Source of the DNA: Eledone cirrhosa
Lineage: Eukaryota
Assembly: GCA_964016885.1 (NCBI GenBank)
Contig: CAXHJY010001537.1
Coordinates: forward strand, 1-60,274
Direction: 5' to 3'
DNA: 60,274 nt
Each line of letters starts with the position of its first letter. The first letter of the stretch is position 1. Shown here in pieces: positions 1 through 15,075 of the stretch. The notes under the pieces are model-generated. The model saw only the letters and a program-made list of their open reading frames with translations, had not been told where the DNA came from and searched no databases. The translations under genes were made by a program, and so were the position numbers.

Positions 1-4128
<4,128 letters not shown>

Positions 4129-4576
4129 ACTAAAACAAAAAAAAGGAGAACAAAACAAATACTAATTTGTTTTTAAGATAAGTTTTCACTATCGTATTAT
4201 GAAACATTGCTATACACAACAAACATATAAAAGGAAACTTAGATATATTCTAATATTTGTTAGCATGGTGAGTCAGCTTGATTACCCAGTTCTCTTTCAA
4301 TCGGTATTCAAGTTTCAGACGATATTCCAATCTTTTCCTTTTGTGATTCGAAGATTCAAAGATCATGGTCACGATATACTTAAATGATGTTTTATCTCGG
4401 CATCATTAAGCAGCATAAGGCCGATATGTTCCATTACTACAAGCTAAGCTAAATTCCAAATCATCTATTCCATTTCCAATCGTAAGAATACATAATCCAA
4501 CAAGGCTTTGACGAGATACGAACTAACTTGATTTGAAGTCAAGTACCAATTTCGTAAATTACCCGATTTGCATACA

Positions 4577-4578
<2 letters not shown>

Positions 4579-4670
<92 letters not shown>

Positions 4671-4930
4671 TATATATATATATAAATATATATACAAACA
4701 CACATGTATGCATACATACATGGAGACATAAGTACATACAAACATACATGCAAACATACATGCATGCATACATGCATATATGCATACACAAATACAAACA
4801 TACACACAGCCATACATATACACATACATACATACACACAGACATACATACATAAATGCATACATACATACATACATACATACATACATACATACATACA
4901 TACATACATACATACATACATACATACATA
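4579..4930. repeat. (TA)n / (TACA)n compound microsatellite
   Basis: Direct reading. Confidence 0.95.
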
Positions 4931-5349
4931 CATGGTGGCTGCCAACTCGTTTTCGAGTACGGCCACTACTTTATATCCATGTAGGAGAACCCCTACCGAT
5001 GCGCTGAACAAGTGTGACTTTTTAGTCCAGCCAGCGACTTGAAAACTCTGGTACAAACACTACACTTGTGACAATTATTGACACATAGTGCTGGGTCCAT
5101 AGTACCATGTGACGACAAGTGTAGAGAGATCAGAGATCTCCAGATATAAAGCAATGCCTGTGCCGTAAAGCTTTTATAGTGAGCAAAGGCACTGCACAAA
5201 GCCAGTCCCACTCTCTTAACCAAGATGATATTTACCAAAAAGAAGAACACGTCAACATCATTGGATACCATCAGGGTTGCAGGTGTTATATCAGAGTTTT
5301 CCTTCTGCTAGAATTCTGCCTTGACAAAGGCTAAGGGGTCATCTCTCCC
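4931..5349 (-). mobile_element. Non-autonomous RTE-derived retroelement, 3' module, copy 1
   Basis: RTE 5'UTR-like motif CTAG(G/C)AGAAGGAAAACTCTGA; C-terminal zinc-finger remnant CSVCTRVFKSLAGLKSH; (ATGT)n tail; near-identical copies at 5429-5840 and 56822-57231. Confidence 0.75.
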
Positions 5350-5428
5350 ATACATACATACATACATACATACATACATACATACATACATACATACATA
5401 CATACATACATACATACATACATACATA

Positions 5429-5840
5429 CATGGTGGCTGCCAACTCGTTTTCGAGTACGGCCACTACTTTATATCCATTTAGGAGAACCCCTACTGATGC
5501 GCTAAACGAGTGTGACTTTTTAGTCCAGCCAGCGACTTGAAAACTCTGGTACAAACACTACACTTGTGACAATTATTGACACATAGTGGTGGGCCCATGG
5601 TACCATGTGACGACAAGTGCAGAGAGATCTCCAGATATAAAGCAATGCCTGTGCCGTGAAGCTTTTATAGTGAGCAAAGGCACTGCACAAAGCCAGTCCC
5701 ACTCTCTTAACCAAGATGATATTTACCAAAAAGAAGAACAAGTCAACATCATTGGATACCAACAGCGTTGCAGGTGTTATATCAGAGTTTTCCTTCTCCT
5801 AGAATTCTGCCTTGACAAAGGCTAAGGTGTCATCTCTCCC
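5429..5840 (-). mobile_element. Non-autonomous RTE-derived retroelement, 3' module, copy 2 (tandem with copy 1)
   Basis: Same sequence and same ends as 4931-5349, separated by (TACA)n. Confidence 0.75.
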
Positions 5841-5909
5841 ATACATACATACATACATACATACATACATACATACATACATACATACATACATACATAC
5901 ATACATACA

Positions 5910-5940
<31 letters not shown>

Positions 5941-6084
5941 GCGATAGCTGGCACCTTCAAAATTTGCAAAACATTCTTGCGATTCAAGGGATGACAATTT
6001 CTTTTCTTTTACAACCTTGCCACCAGGAAGGTGGCCGGTCAAAAAAATATACTCGAAATTAAGAGAAAGAGAAAACATACATAC

Positions 6085-6172
6085 ATATCTCTATGCAATA
6101 CAGGAACAAGAACTCTCTACCAAATATCTGCTGCACAAAAGAGGAGGGCCATCAGCTGACAATAAATGCAGA
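6085..6172 (+). mobile_element. Short fragment of a second R4/Dong-like element
   Basis: YLYAIQEQELSTKY...DNKCR resembles the SAQDQCLPTKNY...PLCR segment of the element at 1-3918. Confidence 0.45.
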
Positions 6173-6551
6173 GAATTGTATAATAATTATAGAGGCACAG
6201 AGTGGAATGCATGTGACAGAGATTACAAGAGAATAGTATGATAATTAAAGCAGTATATAGAGTGCAAATGCGTTAGACATATACAGGACAGTTAGGTAGG
6301 AAAACAAGCAATGGTACTAGGCATATATAATTACTGCATGGCAAAGGTATCACATAAAATAACATTGGTTTACAAGCATATCAAGCAGGTAAAGGTGTTT
6401 GTCTATTAAAATTATGAGTTTTCTCTTGTAATCTCTGTCACATCCATTTCACTCTGTAAATACGAAACTGTTTATGACAACATTAATATCCCTGTATCTA
6501 TATGATTGTTCAGTTGAATAGGAAGTTAATTATATGTCCAAACTTTGCTAG

Positions 6552-6598
6552 TGCTCCGAAGATGCCAAACGTAAGTTTGTAAGAAACGATTGTCAGCA
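6552..6598 (+). ncRNA. Degenerate minimal type I hammerhead ribozyme
   Basis: tgct-CCGAAGA-tgccaaac gtaa gtttgtaa-GAAA-cgattg-TC-agca; core U4->C, stem II base mismatched. Confidence 0.55.
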
Positions 6599-6769
6599 AT
6601 AAAATAGTTTGAACATAGTTTTGATTATTGTGTAATTTATATTCCGGCTCTGTAAAACATCTCATGTATTTACATTGAGCTATTTTCTTACTGGTAATAA
6701 GGTAGTAATGGATTACTGACCTTTCCTGTTTATAGTTGTATATAGTGTATATATAACTATAAATAATAT

Positions 6770-6905
<136 letters not shown>

Positions 6906-6945
6906 GATATTAACAAATGGAAACTATATTTATAAAACCATATTT

Positions 6946-7008
6946 ATTTTATTATACATATTTCAAGGACACCACGTTAAATTATGGTGTGCTTTCATCA
7001 GACAAAAT
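6946..7008 (-). ncRNA. Minimal type I hammerhead ribozyme (family A) in short element 6905-7088
   Basis: attttgt-CTGATGA-aagcacacca..tggtgtcctt-GAAA-tatgta-TA-ataaaat; second copy at 17504-17566. Confidence 0.8.
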
Positions 7009-7084
7009 CCAATATAGATCAGTTTTATAAATAAATATTGACATACCATTAAAAAATGCAACCATTACTGTTGGAAGCTCCCGG

Positions 7085-7171
<87 letters not shown>

Positions 7172-7441
7172 TGTTTATATATATCTAGGTGACCGACTAG
7201 ATACCGTCGCCCGAATACAGGCACTTCAGATCGGTTCTAGCTGTTGAAACGGCCGGAGTTCGCTCAGACATGGTAGTCCTGAATTTGTTCATATTAGCCA
7301 CTCTACAACCCCAAGTATCGAGTACTCTGGTGAGTGATGGTCTAACTGTATTTTTTTTACCGCATCCACTCTGCTTACCATAATTGAACTTTGAAAAAAA
7401 TGTATATATATACGTATATATATATATATATATATATATAT

Positions 7442-7995
7442 GTAAATATTTATATTATATTTTTTAATGTATTTTGAAAAATTGATTGAATTTTACTTGT
7501 TCTGCTTATCTTAATATTAAAGTTCTGGTGTATCAAATTAACACCATTGAACAACCTTGAATCATAGACAACCTATGTATTTCTAGGGGTACCTAGTATC
7601 CCTGGACATATTAACTTCTACCTTTTCCTCCGTCCGTTGAGAACAAATCTGTTGCTCTACTTGGCTGCTATTTTTTTAGTAGTAATTGTAGACAGCAAGT
7701 ATTTGATTTTCCCGCTTTTACTTCGGTCCAGTTTACATACGGGTCACTTTTACGACCTTTCAGACCTTTATTAGCTGGCAGGAGGTTGTATATTTTGTCG
7801 TTCCTGGGACGTTTAGCCCTAGGAAGGGAAAATGCTTCTCTGATGAGCTTTGGTTTTCCATCATAAATCCATCGGATTTATGAGGTTTTACAAAGCGAAA
7901 CTGATCAGTAAGGGCCACTAGAAGAGGTAAATATTTATATTATATTTTTTAATGTATTTTGAAAAATTGATTGAATTTTACTTGTTCTGCTTATC

Positions 7996-8002
<7 letters not shown>
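7442..8002 (+). mobile_element. Retrozyme/pLTR-like element: ~1.16 copies of a 485-nt monomer, within (TA)n
   Basis: 76-bp direct repeat at 7442-7517 and 7927-8002; contains an HHR. Confidence 0.75.
7835..7914 (+). ncRNA. Type I hammerhead ribozyme with extended stem II
   Basis: ttct-CTGATGA-gctttg..tcataaatcc atc ggatttatga..caaagc-GAAA-ctgatcag (palindrome)-TA-aggg. Confidence 0.8.
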
Positions 8003-8038
<36 letters not shown>

Positions 8039-8040
<2 letters not shown>

Positions 8041-8236
8041 CGAAGGAAATGTGGTAAGGAACCAGATGGACCATAACGCATCAAAGTACTCAATACTTAG
8101 GGTAGTAGAGTACTTAGGAACGAGTAGGACCCCGACGGCTGAGCTCAAGCCGTTTCGACGGCTAATTGTGGAGTAATTCTAGTCCAGAATTAGCCGTCGA
8201 AACGGCTTGAGCTCATCCGTCGGGGTCCTACTCGTT

Positions 8237-8240
<4 letters not shown>
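8039..8240. mobile_element. Fold-back element carrying two inverted HHR 3' halves (family B)
   Basis: Arms 8115-8167 / 8188-8240; GAAA-cggc..gccg-TC-ggggt on both strands; same family at 10571-10727 and 36591-36783, with a diverged relative at ~7190-7395. Confidence 0.75.
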
Positions 8241-8301
<61 letters not shown>

Positions 8302-9040
8302 CTCTTGATTTGGCCAGAGATGAATATTTCCAGATATCTTTTAAGTGTAACTTTCCGTATTTATTATTACTATGAAATATTGATTGTTATTCTGGTATCA
8401 TATCTCTGTTTTTAGCCTAACAAAATACCTATATGCGTGTATAAATAATACATGCATATTTTTTTTTTTTTAAATCTAATTGAGTTCTTCACACGCAAGG
8501 TTAAAATTATTGAAAAAATTAATTGACCCGCGTGCATATTATTTTATTATGTTTCGCGATGACCTCCCTTTTCCGCTTGAGGACAGTGTGAAATTTCTCA
8601 TTCTGAGACTGCTGGAATTTCAAATTTGGCGGTCATTCTGATACGGAGAGGGACCATCGCTAGACATTGAATATTGAATATCGGTAAGAAAGTTTTTTTA
8701 TATCGATGTTTGACGGGCATCCACTGATGATTTATAAGTGCCCACCTGCATATATTCCTAAGGACTTTGTGCAGGCTTCTACATAACCTGGACACATTTT
8801 TCCCAACTTGTAGAAAACTTATAATGAAACAATTGTTTAGAAAGGGAGATGTATTTTAATTGTCTCATATAAAACAATACAACTGGCTATCCGCAAAATA
8901 CATATAGTTAGCACCCCAAACGTAAAATTTGGATTATACTAAGGTATATCCTAATGTTTGTTGAGTGAGATGGAAACCAGTCAGAGTATAGCTTAAAGCT
9001 TTCTCTGTTAATGTATTAAATATATATATATATATTTCAG

Positions 9041-9091
9041 GGCTTCTTGATGATCTCTCCCGAATGAAACAGTTCTAGTCCTGTAGAAGCC
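9041..9091 (+). ncRNA. Hammerhead ribozyme (family C), C3->U
   Basis: ggcttc-TTGATGA-..-GAAA-cag ttctagtc ctg-TA-gaagcc; 6-bp stem I. Confidence 0.65.
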
Positions 9092-9317
9092 ATTTCTATA
9101 TTATATATGTGTGTGTATGTGTGTGCGTGTGTGTGTGTGTGTGTGTATGTGTGTGTGTGATTGTAGACACCTGACCATTTTTGCAGATCTCACTAATGAG
9201 TACCCATTGTCTGCTTGGAATAAATGAACCTTCACCTTAGGATTGCCTCTCAGTGTGTTTGTGTTTGTCTATAGGTTCTTAGCGTGAATTTACTTCTGCC
9301 TTTGTATAATTATGTAT

Positions 9318-9408
9318 TTTTGCCTTTCATCCTTACGGGGTCGATAAAATAAAGTACCAGTAATGCACTGGTTAATTGCTGGCCTTCTGCTAAAAGTAGA
9401 AACAATTA
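9318..9408 (+). mobile_element. tRNA-derived SINE, 3' part
   Basis: Core GCCTTTCATCCTTACGGGGTCGATAAAATAAAGTACCAG and 3' end AGTAGAAACAATT. Confidence 0.8.
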
Positions 9409-9545
9409 TGTATTTTTCTCTAAATATAGTTTTTAAAGAATCCCCTTTCTTTAAATCATTCAACCAATGACCTTCAACCATCCCAATCACCAACCTCTCC
9501 TACCACCAGAAAATGTATAAATACCACCATATTACATTGACAGTC

Positions 9546-9597
9546 GGCTTTCCTGATGATTTCTCCCGAATTAAATAGGTCTAGTCCTGTAGAAGCC
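9546..9597 (+). ncRNA. Hammerhead ribozyme (family C), GAAA->TAAA decayed
   Basis: ggctttc-CTGATGA-tttctcccgaat-TAAA-..ctg-TA-gaagcc; upstream flank shared with 39530-39661. Confidence 0.6.
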
Positions 9598-9627
9598 ATT
9601 TCTAACTCTCTCTCTCTCTCTCTCTAG

Positions 9628-9699
<72 letters not shown>

Positions 9700-9711
9700 G
9701 CGTGTGCGTGT

Positions 9712-9776
<65 letters not shown>

Positions 9777-10157
9777 TGAAAGTTCATCCCTGCTTCAGAC
9801 TGGTGTTCTTTCCAAGGAGTAGTCTTCTACTCTTAGTCTATTAATGTTAATGAAACCTGGATAATCGCTGTCCTGATAAACCTACGTACTTGCTTTAATG
9901 ATTAATGGTGATCCTTTGGTAAATATGTCTTCAGTCAAGGTACAACTAAGAGCAAATTATCCATAACCTCATCCCATTTTTAAAGGCGTGAGTCTTGAGG
10001 GATATTTAGCATTTGTGTCTCGTAGATCAACTGTCTGTATTGGAAACAAAGTTTATAAAATTATTTATTTCAGTACACTGGGTGAACGTAGATATCAACA
10101 GACGTATGTCCAAGCAAATAAAGAAACACACGTGCATACATACATATAGGGGCCGTC

Positions 10158-10191
10158 CTGATGAGAACCAGTTCAGATCGAAATGCGCATA
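10158..10191 (+). ncRNA. Possible decayed hammerhead core
   Basis: CTGATGA-gaaccagttcagatc-GAAA-tgcgca-TA; palindromic stem III, but stem I does not pair. Confidence 0.4.
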
Positions 10192-10248
10192 CCGTATTTC
10201 TCTAGAAATTCGAAATTCCAAAACATATGTGTATACTATGACTGAAGC

Positions 10249-10336
<88 letters not shown>

Positions 10337-10570
10337 CGGGATAACAGATTATAGGCAGTCCACTTAGAGTACTCCGTGTAGTGGCTGAAAACGACTGGTT
10401 ATAAACAAAGTATTGGAGATCGATTGACGCAACATCAAGCGAGTAGCGAACTCTAGATCTACTAGATCAAAGAAATAGTTGTCAGCAATGTGAATAAAGC
10501 CCTTATTGTATAGCAAACCATGTCACTCTTCTTTCTTGAATTATATATACATATATATATATTTATATAT

Positions 10571-10727
10571 ATAGGAACATGTTAGACCCCGACGGCAGAG
10601 CTCAAGCCGTTTCGACGTCTATTTAACGGCTTGAGCTCTGCCGTCGGGCTCTAACATTTTCCTATTACCCACTCTCTACTACCCTAAGTTTTGAGTGCTA
10701 TGGTGCGTTATGTTATTCTAATTCTTT
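10571..10727. mobile_element. Fold-back element, family B
   Basis: Arms 10571-10611 / 10625-10665; homologous to 8039-8240. Confidence 0.75.
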
Positions 10728-10741
10728 ATATATATATATAC

Positions 10742-13700
10742 AGTGGATGTGGCGCATGTCTCTCTTTCATGACACCCTTTGATCCCGTCTGCCATGGGCG
10801 CGAAGGTGGCTGTGGAGGCCGATCCTTTACTTGCAGGTCCGGGGACAGTGGCGGCAGGGGAAGAGACCGGAGTCGCTGGGGCACCAGTGATGCCTTTCTC
10901 CTCCTTTCACAAGCCTCAGTGATCTCTGCCCGTCTCTTCTCTTCAAAAGAGTCTTTGGCGCGTCTGGTAAGGGCTCGCCACTCAGTCCTGTCCTGAGCAT
11001 GGGACTCGAGTATTTTTGGCGCGATTCCAGTGTTGTTGATGCTGGACTTCACACAGTCTTTGAACCTCTTGAGAGGCCTGCCCTGCTTTGGTTTCCCCGA
11101 AATTGCTTCGGGAGCCTGTGATCGTCCATCCGGATGACATGTCTCACCCATCGAAGTCGGCTCTTCAGTATCATATTTTTGACACTGGTTGTCTCAGCCA
11201 TGTCAAGAACCTCGAGGTTGGAGACCTTCTCCTGCCATTTGATGTTCAGGCTGCGCATGTGGAACCGTTCCAGCTGCTTCATGTGCCTTCTGTACAGGGT
11301 ACATGTCGCACATTCGTAGAGGAGGCTGGTGAGAACAACGGCCCTGTACACCTTGAGCTTGGTGAACTGCTTGATGTGGTGCTGGTTCAGGACGGGTGTC
11401 CTCAGGCGGCCGAGGGCTTGACTGGCCTTGCAGATCCTGGCGTTTATCTCCTTGAAAGGCTTCCATCGCTGCTGATGACACTGCCGAGATACTTGAAGTT
11501 GTCAACCGTCTTTACTGGGTGCCTCCGATGGAGAGGGAAGGACTGTGGGTGGCGGAGGCAGGTGCAGGCTAGAACAGGATCTCAGTTTTGCTAAGGCTAA
11601 TTGTGAGACCAAAGAGGCAGGAGGCCTCCACGAACCTTTTGGCGTTGACTTGGACGTCATACGCCCTGTGGGTCATGAGGGCACAGTCGTCAGCAAAAAG
11701 TACCTCCAGGACGATCCTCTGCACGGTCCTTGTCTTAGCCGTCAGGCGCCACAGGTCAAACAGGGAGCCGTCTAGTCTGTATCGCAGATACACTCCGTGG
11801 TCGAGGTCCCTAACGGCATCATTGAGCACACAGGTGAAGAACAGGTTGAAGAGGACTGGAGCCAGCACGCATCCTTGCTTGACGCCGTTGGTGATTCCGA
11901 ACGTTTCCGATGCCTCTCCTCCCGAGCGTACATGCTTGGTTATGTCCTCATGGAATTGCCGTATCAGGTTTCACGAACTGGGTCGGGCATCCAAACTTCG
12001 ATAGGATCGACCAGAAGGCCTCCCTGTTGAGAGTGTCAAAAGCCTTCGTCAAGTCTATGAAGACGGCAAAGAGGTCCATGTTCTGCTCAACACACTTATC
12101 CTGCACCTGGCGTACAGAGAAGATCATGTCTATCGTGCTGTGGTTTGGGCGGAACCCACACTGGGTCTCAGACAGGTTGTCCTCCGAGATGTTGTCGATG
12201 AGGTGGTTGAGCATGAACCGAGCCAGGACCTTCCCAGTGATGGGGAGGAGAGAGATGCCCCGATAGTTGGCACAGTCAGTTTTGCTGCCTTTGTTCTTTA
12301 AAAGCGAGACAACTGAGGCATCCCTGAAGTCTTTGGGCACCTCTTCTTCCTCCCATATGCTGGCAAGGAGGGTCTGGAAGGCCCCCAGGGCAGCTGGACC
12401 GGCCGACTTGAAGATCTCGGCAGGAAGCCTTTCCTGAGCTGGTTTGGTTGATTGCCTTTGTGACTTCATCCACCATCTCGACGCTGCCGACTACGGGTTT
12501 CTGTGGGACCTGGTCGAAGACGGCAGGGTCGACAGTGGAGGGCCTGTTGAGCGGGTTTCTGAAGTGCTCTCTCCACGTCGAGTTGATAATGTTCTTCTCC
12601 TTCAGCAGGGTCGAGCCATCAGCAGACAGGAGCGGTGTGGTGACAGGCTTGGGGGGGCTCCGTAGACGTCCCCGATGGCGCTGAAGAACATCTTGGAGTT
12701 CTTTGTGTCAGCGTATCTCTAGACTTCTTCGGCCTTCTTCTCCCACCACTCGTCCTGCATTCTGCGCAGCGCTGATTGGGTCTGTCACTGGAGGTGCTTG
12801 AAGCGGTCGCGCTTCGAGGTGGAGGAGCTGTCATTCTGCCACTCAATGAAAGCCCTCCTCTTCTTGTCTAGGAGTTGTCTGATGCGCTCATCGTTTTCAT
12901 CAAACAAGTCCTGGTGGACTCTCTTCCTCGGCCCGATGGTTGCCTTGGCTGTCACCAGCGACCTGAACTGGTCCCACTGTTGAGTTGGGGGTCCGCTCAG
13001 TGGTCCATAGGCAGTCAGCCGGCCGTCCAGGTTTTTCCGCGAACGCATCACGATGCTCTGGCTGCTTGAGTCGTGCGACGTCGAAGGCTGGCCTACAGAC
13101 TTTCGGTGTCTTGCGATGCGTCGGGGTGATGTGCAGTGACAGGATGGTCCAACACTCTGTACCACGCATGGCCCTGGTGATTCTGACGTCACGGATGTCC
13201 CTGCTGCGGCATATGGCAAAGTCAATCAGATGCCACTGTTTGGATCTGGGGTGCATCCATGTCGTCTTGAACTTGTCTGCCTGGCGAACAGTGTGCTTGT
13301 GATGGTGAGGTCGTTCTCGGCGCAGAAACTCAACAGTATGAGGCCGTTAAAGTTCAGCTTCCCTGTGCCGTGAGGTCCCAGCACACCTCTCCAGTTGCTG
13401 TTGTCAGACCCGACTATTGCGTTGAAGTACCCCAGTTGAATGAGTTTGTCGCTTGGGGGGATGCCCTTCACGAGTGCGTTGAGTTCCTCGTAAAAAGCGT
13501 CATTTGCTTAATCGCTGCTGGTGAGAGTGGGGCCGTACGCATTGATGACTGTGACATGCCGAGATGTGTCGAGGGCGAAGCGGAGGTTCATCAGGCGCTC
13601 ACTCACATGTGTTGGGAGGTCTGGTAGCTTCTTGCAGAGTGAAGTCTTGATGACTAGGCCTAGCCCGTGAATTATGTCCTCGTCCTTTGTATTGCCCTTC

Positions 13701-14035
13701 CAGAAGAAGGTGAAGCCTCCTTTCGGTTTTGCTACTGATCCTTCTTCGGCGAGTCTGGTCTCGCTGAGGGCGGCTATGTCGATCTGGTAGCGAGCTAATT
13801 CTCTCGCTATGAGGTCAGTTCTCTCCCCGTGGAACGCCTGATCTCCTCTGTCATCCCGGGGTGTGGCCGCTGTCGCATGCTACAGCTTCTTGGTGCCACA
13901 GGTGAGACCAGACTGTCAGGTGGGACCCAATGCAGGACGAGCTGTCCTGAAAATGGCAAGGCTAGCAAGCCCCCCCCCCCCCCCCACAGAGTTACATGCC
14001 CCTCCCTGACAGCCCAGGCATATATACACACACAT
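10742..14035 (-). mobile_element. RTE (BovB-like) LINE, near full length, multiply frameshifted
   Basis: AP endonuclease motifs IDIAALSETR, GYFNAIVG, MHPRSKQWHLIDF; RT motifs NYRGISLL, QCGFR, FIDLTKAFD, LAPVLF, LFADDCAL; C-terminal AQDRTEWR. Confidence 0.92.
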
Positions 14036-14081
14036 ATACATGAACATACATATGTACATGTGTATATACATATTTACATAT

Positions 14082-14276
14082 TTTTGGATGGCCGTTGACT
14101 CTTATGAGTTCTTCTGCCCTTTGTCAGGTTTTGTTTTTTTGTCCTGCAGGGTGTCCAAAATGACCCTCCTCACCAAGTAAACTTGGTGGGGTTGCCAGTT
14201 TAGTCGCCGACGGCCCGACCAAGCGACAGGTTGTACTGGTTTACATGTTACCAGTAGCACTCAAGAGTGACCTGAC
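14082..14276 (-). mobile_element. Solo 5' module of the bipartite element seen intact at 56822-57430
   Basis: High similarity to 57238-57430. Confidence 0.7.
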
Positions 14277-14302
14277 AACTACTATATATATATATATATA
14301 TA

Positions 14303-14564
14303 TCGTTTCTGAATTTCTTTAGCAAGATTCTTTAGGACAAAACAAAGGAGAGGCACAAAAACAAAGAAAAGAATCCCCAGTCACTGAAGAGGTCACAGAA
14401 TGTGTGACGAAAGAACTTTGACAATATATAAACAACCATCTGGTTGTGGAACCAACCCAGCGGAAATTTATAAATTCCTAAATTTATAAATTTATTATAA
14501 TAAATTGAAGTGAAAGCAACTGGTGCGTGTGTTTCTTATTGACAACATGACCCTCCCAAAGTAT

Positions 14565-14570
<6 letters not shown>
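14303..14570 (+). mobile_element. HHR-bearing short element (family D) with an inverted 30-bp terminal piece
   Basis: 14333-14570 is the reverse complement of part of 59143-59440, while 14303-14332 is in the same orientation as 59144-59175. Confidence 0.75.
14380..14422 (+). ncRNA. Minimal hammerhead ribozyme (family D)
   Basis: gtca-CTGAAGA-g-gtcaca gaatg tgtgac-GAAA-gaac-TT-tgac. Confidence 0.7.
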
Positions 14571-14612
<42 letters not shown>

Positions 14613-14630
14613 TATATATATATGAAGTAA

Positions 14631-14672
<42 letters not shown>

Positions 14673-14696
14673 TTACTTCATATATATATATATATA

Positions 14697-14843
<147 letters not shown>

Positions 14844-14935
14844 GTAATTCCGTCGGAAAGGTCCAGGAAAAAAGAGTGCTCTATGTAGGTTACAGAGCTT
14901 ATTAGTTATGTAATAAACAACATAAGATAATTATT

Positions 14936-14991
14936 TCATTTACCAGTGGTTTCTTGAGAGCAAAGAAATCTGCTTTCAGTCGTCAGAATGA
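14936..14991 (-). ncRNA. Hammerhead ribozyme (family E)
   Basis: Reverse complement of 15076-15131 with few changes. Confidence 0.8.
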
Positions 14992-15075
14992 AAAAATCCT
15001 GGTGTTTTTATTGAATGTGGATGTGTGTGTTTATATATTTATAAATCCACATTCAATAAAAACACCAGGATTTTT

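Noticed and set aside
8715-8745. CTGATGA inside a gggca/tgccc hairpin as a hammerhead
   Set aside because: No correctly placed stem II-GAAA follows.
13880-14035. HDV-like ribozyme in the RTE 5' UTR (ggctgtcagg/cctgacagtc helix)
   Set aside because: One 10-bp helix is visible, but P2, P3, P1.1 and J4/2 could not be assigned by eye.
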